Positions 25,062-32,000 of a stretch of DNA of 32,000 nucleotides are shown here, piece after piece. The notes below the pieces were generated by a model, which saw only the letters and a list, made by a program, of their open reading frames with translations, was not told where the DNA came from and did not search any database. The stretch comes from an uncultured bacterium (lineage in GTDB: Bacteria > Auribacterota > JACPWU01): positions 30,001-62,000 of the forward strand of contig CAZXEQ010000005.1 of the NCBI GenBank assembly GCA_964640155.1, given 5' to 3'. The number at the start of each line of letters is the position of its first letter. The first letter of the stretch is position 1. The position numbers were made by a program, and so were the translations under genes.

Positions 25062-26912
25062 TCACGTATCCCAAAAAGTTCTATGCCAGAGCTCTAATAC
25101 GATTAAAAGCCAAAGCCGATGGCCATGATTATCTTTTTCAGAAATATGATCCTCTAAAAGTCGTTTTATCGCCTCAGGATGAACGTAGCCACGCTGTAAT
25201 GTTTTTGAATCTAGTAAAACTTCCTGAGCAAATGACTTCAATTCTCCCCTAAACCATTGATTGAGCGGGACGGTGAAACCTTTTTTAGGTCGATGAACGA
25301 TAGAGGATGGCAAGCCTGCTCCCATCATTTTTTTTAGAAAAAGTTTTTTTCTAAAATCTTTTATTTTTAAATCAGAAGGAAGTTGCGCACAAAATTCCAC
25401 AAAAACAGAATCCAAGAAAGGAGATCTCACTTCTAAACCATGCGCCATAGAAGCCCGATCTACTTTGGTCATCAGACAATCAGGAAGATATCTTTGGAAA
25501 TCACTTTTAAGCATGGCGTCCAGAGAATCTAAAGAAGAATCTGTTTTATTTAAAGCAGGCATATACATATTTTTTAAAGATTCTCCCCATATTTTAGAAA
25601 GCAAGGGATCTTGATAAATTCTCATCCAACCATCATACTGTTCATCCTCTGGCAAATTAATTCGTTTTGAGCTTTCATAAAACAATCTTTGAAAACGTTC
25701 AGTAGGCCATTCTGAAGAACTTTTTTCGTCAGTCCAATTAAGACTCCACGATAAAAGTTTTTTCAAACGATCCCATAAAAGTTTCTGTGTATAGCGATGA
25801 TACCCTCCAAAACATTCATCGCCCCCATCTCCACTTAATATCACAGTGACAAACTTCTTAGCCTCGCCAGCCATCCAGTAAGTTGGCAAAGCGGATGCAT
25901 CCCCAAAAGGTTCATCAAAATGCCATGCCCATTTTTCTAAAGAACTGACAATGTCAGGACCTAATTTAACTTCATGATGTTCTGTTCCTAAATGATTTGC
26001 TACCTTTCTTGCATAAGAACTTTCATCATGAGAATTTTGAGAAAAGCTCACGGAAAAGGTTTTAATCTGATGTAATGTTCCTTGTGTTGCAAGCGCTGCA
26101 ATCGTACTAGAGTCCAATCCTCCACTTAAAAAAATCCCTAAGGGGACATCACTTTTTAAACGCAATTGAACAGATTCTAAAAGCCCTTGCATCCCTTGAA
26201 GCAAAAGAATTTCTTTATTCTCTTGTCTCTTTTTTTGGAAATCAAGATTCCAATAATTCTGAATACTTATCTTCCCATTTTCAAAAATGAGATAATGCGC
26301 CGGGGGTAATTTAAAAATTTCTCGATATATAGTTTTTGGAGAAGCAATGTATTGGTAAATAAGAAATTCTTTGACCGCACTTGGTTCTATTTGTAAAGAC
26401 AGATTCGGATATTTCAAAAAAGACTTGAGTTCAGAAGCAAAGAGAAAAACTCCATTCTTATAATAATAATAAACAGGCTTTTTCCCTATTTGATCACGAG
26501 CTAAAAAGAGTCGACGTTTAGATTTATCCCAAATGGCAAAGGCAAACATGCCTCTCAAATCATTTAAACAATCAACACCTTTTGTTCGATATACCTGCGC
26601 AAGAACTTCTGTATCCGTTCTTGTTTTAAAATGACACCCCGAGGATTCAAGATTTCTTCTTATTTCCTCAAAATTATAAATTTCTCCATTAAAAGTAACC
26701 CATACCTGTCCCGTTTCATCACTGAGAGGTTGATGCCCTGCGTCTAAATCAATCACGCTCAATCTTCTATGTCCTAAACCTGCCTCTTGATCAAGAAATA
26801 AACCTGAATCATCTGGACCCCGATGAGACAAAACGTTTGTCATCGAAGACAAGATTTCTTTTTCAACCTTTTGATGGGGATCAGAATAAACAATTCCCGC
26901 AATTCCACACAT
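25062..26912 (-). CDS. asnB: asparagine synthase (glutamine-hydrolysing)-family amidotransferase
   Basis: N-terminal nucleophile MCGIAGIV (Ntn glutaminase) and PP-loop LSGGLDSS. 616 aa. Embedded in a glycosyltransferase operon. Confidence 0.9.
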   Translation of the reverse strand: MCGIAGIVYSDPHQKVEKEILSSMTNVLSHRGPDDSGLFLDQEAGLGHRRLSVIDLDAGHQPLSDETGQVWVTFNGEIYNFEEIRRNLESSGCHFKTRTDTEVLAQVYRTKGVDCLNDLRGMFAFAIWDKSKRRLFLARDQIGKKPVYYYYKNGVFLFASELKSFLKYPNLSLQIEPSAVKEFLIYQYIASPKTIYREIFKLPPAHYLIFENGKISIQNYWNLDFQKKRQENKEILLLQGMQGLLESVQLRLKSDVPLGIFLSGGLDSSTIAALATQGTLHQIKTFSVSFSQNSHDESSYARKVANHLGTEHHEVKLGPDIVSSLEKWAWHFDEPFGDASALPTYWMAGEAKKFVTVILSGDGGDECFGGYHRYTQKLLWDRLKKLLSWSLNWTDEKSSSEWPTERFQRLFYESSKRINLPEDEQYDGWMRIYQDPLLSKIWGESLKNMYMPALNKTDSSLDSLDAMLKSDFQRYLPDCLMTKVDRASMAHGLEVRSPFLDSVFVEFCAQLPSDLKIKDFRKKLFLKKMMGAGLPSSIVHRPKKGFTVPLNQWFRGELKSFAQEVLLDSKTLQRGYVHPEAIKRLLEDHISEKDNHGHRLWLLIVLELWHRTFWDT

Positions 26913-26926
26913 AAGGCGTCACCTTT

Positions 26927-28105
26927 TCAAATTCGAACTATTTCTTTCATATGAGTCTCTAAATCTTGAATATGATTTTCCCATCGAAAATTTTTCTCAA
27001 CATAAGATCGACATTTTTCTCGAAAACCTCTTAATTCATCTGTCTTTTGAAGATATTCTTTCATTTTCTTTTCAATGGCCTCAGAAGTCTCATTTTCGAA
27101 AATCAGTTTTTCATCGAATTCTTTCAAAATTTCTGGGATAGCCCCGATGGGGGTGCCTAAAACGGGTGTTCCACACGATAAACTCTCAAGCACTACAAAG
27201 CCAAAACCTTCTAAAGCACGTGTGGGGAGAACAAATAGATCTGCTTTACGATAAAGATCAACCAACTCTTGATCAGAAATCCATCCCAATAAAGATATTT
27301 TTTCAATTAAATTAAGCTTTTTTATCTGCTCGCGAAATTTTGCATCCAATGATCCTCTTCCAACAATCGTTAAGCGAGTTGAGGGAAACTCTAAAACTAT
27401 TTTCCCAAAAGCTGTGATCAAGTTTTCTATCCCCATTCGGGGTTCTAATCGACGTGTAGTCAGAATTAAAATTTCTTTCTGTTTAGAATAAGTACTTGTA
27501 TCTCCTGGAGAAAAATGAATTAAATCAACACCCGGTTTTGAAAGAAAAACTTTATTTTCCCATTGAGGATAATATTTCTGTATCAGCTCATGAACATATT
27601 TCGAATAAACAACCACTTGAGTAGCTTGACAAAAAATAATTCCTTCCATCCATTTCAAAATAGATGAACAAACTTTCATCTTCCCTGTTTTTTTGTTAGA
27701 AGAAAAAAATTCTTCATCTTCAAACTCTAAAAACCTTAACATGTAGCAATGATAAAGCATCGGTTTCTTCTTTCCCAAAAACTGACTCAAAGAAAAACCA
27801 AATGCCGAGACTAAATGATGCAGATAAACAACATCAAAAGATTTTCGATACAACAGTGACTTAATAAAGATTCTAAAAATGGAGAAAAAGAAAAATTTAA
27901 AAGAATTTCCTTCACAATTTTTATATCTTTCAACATGAATTCCATCTAAATTTTCGTACCGTGGTAAGCTAGGATTTAGTTGCTGTGTCCAAACTGTTAC
28001 ATCATGTCCCCTCGAAGCCAAACCTTTTGAGCTTTCATAAACCGCACGAAAGCTTCCTCCTTCTGCATCTGGATACATCCATCCAGCAACAACAAGAATT
28101 TTCAT
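26927..28105 (-). CDS. GT-B glycosyltransferase (family 4-like)
   Basis: LEGFGFVVLESLSCGTPVLGTPIGAIPEIL (E-x7-E region). The ATG overlaps the upstream stop as ATGA (28102-28105). Confidence 0.85.
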   Translation of the reverse strand: MKILVVAGWMYPDAEGGSFRAVYESSKGLASRGHDVTVWTQQLNPSLPRYENLDGIHVERYKNCEGNSFKFFFFSIFRIFIKSLLYRKSFDVVYLHHLVSAFGFSLSQFLGKKKPMLYHCYMLRFLEFEDEEFFSSNKKTGKMKVCSSILKWMEGIIFCQATQVVVYSKYVHELIQKYYPQWENKVFLSKPGVDLIHFSPGDTSTYSKQKEILILTTRRLEPRMGIENLITAFGKIVLEFPSTRLTIVGRGSLDAKFREQIKKLNLIEKISLLGWISDQELVDLYRKADLFVLPTRALEGFGFVVLESLSCGTPVLGTPIGAIPEILKEFDEKLIFENETSEAIEKKMKEYLQKTDELRGFREKCRSYVEKNFRWENHIQDLETHMKEIVRI

Positions 28106-29043
28106 AGAGATTGGGGGTACCTTATCATTTTCTGAAACAATACTTCTGACACTTTAAACTGCCTTCTTCTTAAAATAATTTTGGGAATAAGAACCATCGC
28201 TTTCAAGAAACTAGCAATCTTAAAAGCCTGTCCATGCCGGATATACCACAATAAATGATATGGAATCCCAAAAGCATGTTGAATAAGAAGTCGTGGGGGT
28301 AGCCACAACCAATGAATGAGCCACCAATTACGGGTTAAAAGATTGATGCGATGACGAGAATTCATTTCTTTGGAAAAAGTAACAGCCCCTTGATGCTCAA
28401 AACAGACCGAAGGATCTAAAAAAGCCTTTCCTCCTTGGCTAAAAGCTTTAAAGCATAAATCCATATCTTCATAATACCCCTGAGAGAACAACGGATCAAA
28501 GCCCCCCAAGGTCAAAAACTTTTCTCTTAAAAAAGCACACGCTGCTCCGGATGCGTAGACGAGCTGTTGCATGGATAAGGAACTTTTTTTATAATGAAAA
28601 TAAAAAATCCCCTTTTGCCAGAAAAAATCCATCCAGGACTCATAAAAACCCTGATCTTCCTTTCTAGATTTAACCGAAGGGGAAACAATAAAAATCGATG
28701 TATCTTTTTTGAGTAATTCAAAAACTCTTTCAATATTTCCTGATTTCCAGATAACATCACTGTTTAAAAGTAAGATTTGATCTTTTTGAGCTACCTTCAC
28801 TCCATCATTCACACTCTCTCCAAATCCGACATTTTTAGAATGTTGAACAATTTTGACAAAAGGAAATGATGTTTGAATCATCTCAACGCTATGATCAAGA
28901 CTAGCGTCATCCACAACAATCACTTCGCAAGAAAACTCCTTTTCCCAGACAGAAACCTGCCTGAGAAGAGCTGGCAGAATTGTTTCACCATTATAATTGG
29001 GAATAACCACACTAAAAGACATTGAGAAACCCAAATGAAACAT
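28102..29043 (-). CDS. GT-A (family 2) glycosyltransferase
   Basis: FSVVIPNYNGE ... EVIVVDDASLDHS ... LLLNSD, the classic GT2 N-terminal motifs. The start is either ATG 29043 or ATG 29022 (MSFSVVIP). Confidence 0.85.
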   Translation of the reverse strand: MFHLGFSMSFSVVIPNYNGETILPALLRQVSVWEKEFSCEVIVVDDASLDHSVEMIQTSFPFVKIVQHSKNVGFGESVNDGVKVAQKDQILLLNSDVIWKSGNIERVFELLKKDTSIFIVSPSVKSRKEDQGFYESWMDFFWQKGIFYFHYKKSSLSMQQLVYASGAACAFLREKFLTLGGFDPLFSQGYYEDMDLCFKAFSQGGKAFLDPSVCFEHQGAVTFSKEMNSRHRINLLTRNWWLIHWLWLPPRLLIQHAFGIPYHLLWYIRHGQAFKIASFLKAMVLIPKIILRRRQFKVSEVLFQKMIRYPQSL

Positions 29044-29103
29044 TATTTTTTAGAAAGATTTCTTCATTGATAATGAGCATCTGCGATACAATATGAGAAA
29101 CTC

Positions 29104-30210
29104 ATGTTTAAAATCTCAATTGATGTTCAACCCTTACTGGGAAAGAAATGTGGAATCGGCCAATATATCTGGGGCCTGATTCATGGTCTTGCTCAAATCG
29201 ATCACAAGAATCTCTACTCACTCTCATTCTTTGATACAAAATTTAGAAGTTCCAAAATCCCTCTTCCAGGCCCAAATTTTTCTCGTTCAGGATATCCCTT
29301 GCCAAGTCGTGTCATGAGAAAAATTTGGCTTCAATATCATTGGCCTTATTATGATTCTTTTTTTCGATCGAGAGATCTTTACCATTTCTGTAATTTTATC
29401 ATTCCTCCTATGCGAACGGGCAAAAAAATCGCAACGATCTTTGATTTCTCATTTTTACGATATCCTCAATTTTCAGAACCTCGAAATTTAGGATTTTTAC
29501 GTCGCGGAATTGAAAAAACCCTTCAGGTTGCAGATGAAATTATTACGATTTCTAAATTTACAAAAAATGAATCGCTACATTTTTTTAATATTCCTGAGAA
29601 TAAAATTCATGCTATTCATCTTGGAGTTCATGAAAGCTTTAAACCCAATATTTCAATACAACCGAAGAAACAAATTCTTTTTGTAGGAACGATTGAACCT
29701 CGCAAGAATTTAGAAACTTTATTAAAAGCCTTTGAACTTTTTGTTCAAAAAAATGAATTTGCTGACTTTAAACTTGTTCTTGCAGGAATGAAAGGTTGGC
29801 TTTGCGACAATATTTTATCAAGTTTAGAAAAACACCCTTATCACCATCAAATTTCTTTACTGGATTATGTTTCTGATTCAGAACTTCCCAAACTTTATCA
29901 AGAATCCATGATTTTTGTTTACCCTTCCTTTTATGAGGGGTTTGGGCTTCCTCCCCTAGAAGCCATGGCTTGTGGAACTCCTGTCATTGCGTCCGAAGTC
30001 GCATCTCTTCCTGAAATTCTGGGAGAATCTGCTTTCTGGATCAATCCCCAAGAAGTGGAAAATATTGCAAGTGCCTTTGAAAAACTGGCACAAAATCCCT
30101 CTCTCAGGAAAGAGCTGATTCAAAAAGGATTTGAGCAAGTGAAAAATTTTTCTTGGGAAAAAACAGCTGAAAAAACATTAAAAGTCTATTTAAAAGCCCT
30201 TCAGTCATAA
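29104..30210 (+). CDS. GT-B glycosyltransferase (family 4-like)
   Basis: [31 protein letters not shown] (E-x7-E region). It is the only plus-strand gene in the island. Confidence 0.85.
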   Translation: MFKISIDVQPLLGKKCGIGQYIWGLIHGLAQIDHKNLYSLSFFDTKFRSSKIPLPGPNFSRSGYPLPSRVMRKIWLQYHWPYYDSFFRSRDLYHFCNFIIPPMRTGKKIATIFDFSFLRYPQFSEPRNLGFLRRGIEKTLQVADEIITISKFTKNESLHFFNIPENKIHAIHLGVHESFKPNISIQPKKQILFVGTIEPRKNLETLLKAFELFVQKNEFADFKLVLAGMKGWLCDNILSSLEKHPYHHQISLLDYVSDSELPKLYQESMIFVYPSFYEGFGLPPLEAMACGTPVIASEVASLPEILGESAFWINPQEVENIASAFEKLAQNPSLRKELIQKGFEQVKNFSWEKTAEKTLKVYLKALQS

Positions 30211-30229
30211 AATAATATAAAGGCTACTG

Positions 30230-31549
30230 CTAACGGGTTAAAATTGCTTTATATTCCTTTTCCACATCCTTCACGTATTGATCCGTCGTACGTACTCTTA
30301 GTTGAGAATGTTCGTATATTTTCGATAGCATTTTTGGATTTTTCAATATTTCCTCTAATAATAAACTCAAGGCTTGTACATCTCCTGGAGTAAAAGAATA
30401 TCCTTGCACGTTCTCAGCAACCAATTCTGTCATTCCTTCCAAGCGACTGATTAAGACAGGAGTTCCTGCAGATAAAGCTGAACATAAGACAAGTGGCGCA
30501 CTTTCATACCATATCGATGGAATAATCAAAGCATGAATATTTATTAAAGTTTTTCCCATATTTTCATGAGGGAAAATTCCTTTAAAAATAACACTTTGCC
30601 CCAAAGACTTTGCCTTTTCTTGAAGCATTTTACAAAAAGAATTCTCTTTAAGTTCACCGTAAATCTCAAACTGAACTTTCTTCCCGTTCTCTCCTAGTCG
30701 TGACAATGCTTCCAAAATAAGATGAGGGCCTTTCACTTCTGAAAGCGTTCCTATGAAACCTAATTTTAAAGGAATTGTTTCACTAAAAGAATCTGGGATA
30801 GAGATAGGTTCAGGTAAAAAACCCACATCCACGCCTGTTTCCACAACTTTCACAAGATTTTTAAGAACCCCATGGCGAATCAAAATGTCAGACAAGAACT
30901 TTGTTTCTGTTAGCACCCGATTGGAAGCATTAACGCAATTCACCATAAAACCCAGTCGATGGCTTAAAGAATAAAGAGACTGTAAACGTCTGGAAATATA
31001 TCTTAAAGGGGTATTAGCAATCTTTAACAACCATCGAGCTATCCCATAAGAAACAGGTCGATAACATCGCACACAATTTGTCCCATCTCCAGGCCCTTCA
31101 CAAACCTTTTTTTCATACGTTCTAAATAATGTAATTTTTGGACAAACAGTCCAATAGTCGGTTGGGGTAAAAACCACAGGAATTCCCATCCCTTTGATTT
31201 CTGGAATGATCTTTGCAGAAAATCCCATGATATGATTCAAGTGAACCAGATCAGGACGAACGCTTAAGAGTAATTTTTTGACAAGTTGAATACGGTGAGA
31301 CATTTCCAAGTGAGGAGCAATAATATTTTCATTACCTATTAATCCAAAATGAAGTCGATGAACTTGAAAATCATCATAGATATCTTTGGACAGCCAGGGC
31401 TCTTTCCCTCCCGTGTTTTCCTCTTCACAAGTAAGGATTTGAACTGAATGTCCTAATTTTCTTAAACCCCTGGCTAATTCTAAAGAAAGAACCTCTGTTC
31501 CTGCACGACTCTTTGGGAAAAATTGATGAACTCCAATTAAAATTTTCAT
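30230..31549 (-). CDS. GT-B glycosyltransferase with a Cys-rich insertion
   Basis: N-terminal HQFFPKSRAGTEV and C-terminal YESAPLVLCSALSAGTPVLISRLEG. There is an insertion CPKITLFRTYEKKVCEGPGDGTNCVRC in the N-domain. Confidence 0.8.
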   Translation of the reverse strand: MKILIGVHQFFPKSRAGTEVLSLELARGLRKLGHSVQILTCEEENTGGKEPWLSKDIYDDFQVHRLHFGLIGNENIIAPHLEMSHRIQLVKKLLLSVRPDLVHLNHIMGFSAKIIPEIKGMGIPVVFTPTDYWTVCPKITLFRTYEKKVCEGPGDGTNCVRCYRPVSYGIARWLLKIANTPLRYISRRLQSLYSLSHRLGFMVNCVNASNRVLTETKFLSDILIRHGVLKNLVKVVETGVDVGFLPEPISIPDSFSETIPLKLGFIGTLSEVKGPHLILEALSRLGENGKKVQFEIYGELKENSFCKMLQEKAKSLGQSVIFKGIFPHENMGKTLINIHALIIPSIWYESAPLVLCSALSAGTPVLISRLEGMTELVAENVQGYSFTPGDVQALSLLLEEILKNPKMLSKIYEHSQLRVRTTDQYVKDVEKEYKAILTR

Positions 31550-31562
31550 TTTTAATTACTTT

Positions 31563-32000
31563 TTAAAAGTTAAAACGTGATTTTATTTTTTTGACGTATC
31601 TTTTCATTTTTAATAAAACTTTTGAATGAAATCGGCATGCCCATTGATCCATAACATCTTGCGCATATAGATTTGCCTCTGACCAATATTCACGAGAAAT
31701 GAGTTCTTGAAAAAGCAAGCGCTGAATCTGAATGAGACGCTGATCCGCTAAATTCTGAATGGAACGATAAAAATCAGGATAATCCTGCAATATATCCAAA
31801 CTACTTTTTAACAATGCTTTATAAAGCTCTTGTTTGTTTTTTGATTTGGATCCTGCATGCCATCGAATCCAGGCACTAGAAGTCGGACAATAAACAGCTT
31901 GGCATTCCAAAGCAACGCGCTGTAGAAAATCAGAATCCTCATTCCATTTAAGATTTTCTCTGAATCTTCTATCCTTGACAATCTGTGCTCTATAGAGAAT
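31563..32000 (-). CDS. C-terminal part of a protein running off the right edge (probable GT2-type glycosyltransferase tail)
   Basis: The track ORF 31563..31910 starts at a TTG. My translation stays open in the same frame to position 32000 (ILYRAQIVKDRRFRENLKWNEDSDFLQRVALECQAVYCPTSSAWIRWH). The ED-D-R ... H pattern resembles the end of a GT2 catalytic domain. Confidence 0.5.
   Translation of the reverse strand: MLYRAQIVKDRRFRENLKWNEDSDFLQRVALECQAVYCPTSSAWIRWHAGSKSKNKQELYKALLKSSLDILQDYPDFYRSIQNLADQRLIQIQRLLFQELISREYWSEANLYAQDVMDQWACRFHSKVLLKMKRYVKKIKSRFNF

Noticed and set aside
24889-25252. Plus-strand ORFs 24889..25128 and 24926..25252.
   Set aside because: They translate repeat copy D and the antisense strand of the asnB-type gene end. 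The shared peptide with the extended ilvD ORF is a repeat artefact.
1-32000. Prophage, defence island, toxin-antitoxin or other mobile-genetic-element content.
   Set aside because: No integrase, transposase, restriction-modification, nuclease/helicase defence-type, phage structural or small paired TA-like ORFs were recognisable. Every long ORF has a plausible housekeeping or envelope-biogenesis assignment.

Overview
AT-rich bacterial chromosomal segment with Gram-negative-type envelope genes; I cannot name the organism. Left to right: competence genes (partial comEC, comEA) and leuS; a Memo/AMMECR1 fusion; two HAD hydrolases; an orphan lpxA; a long LOG-family protein; an nfeD / SPFH-stomatin / RAM-domain operon; ilvD; a TPR protein; lemA; a degenerate-GGDEF+EAL protein; aroQ. 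From about 17.5 kb to the right edge lies a dense glycan-assembly island: an O-antigen-ligase-like/TPR fusion, a WecA/MraY-like initiating transferase, six GT-B transferases, a GT-A and a GT-C transferase, and an AsnB-type amidotransferase. I see no rRNA, tRNA, CRISPR array, transposase, integrase or recognisable defence gene. The unusual signal is non-coding, in GC-rich structured islands within AT-rich intergenic DNA. (1) A family of ~80-nt GC-rich hairpin cores with conserved AT-rich inverted flanks occurs four times (704-789, 6203-6323, 14201-14322, 24921-25041). Copies lie in both orientations, show compensatory stem substitutions, and create spurious N-terminal extensions on several track ORFs. 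(2) A 136-nt multi-hairpin element lies between lpxA and the LOG gene and shares one hairpin module with repeat copy A. (3) A ~180-nt rod-shaped RNA candidate lies between two convergent genes. (4) A 163-bp element upstream of leuS has perfect 18-bp terminal inverted repeats and an ATTA duplication. None of these can be assigned to a known RNA or element class by eye. Several track start codons were corrected using RBS, signal-peptide and homology logic.
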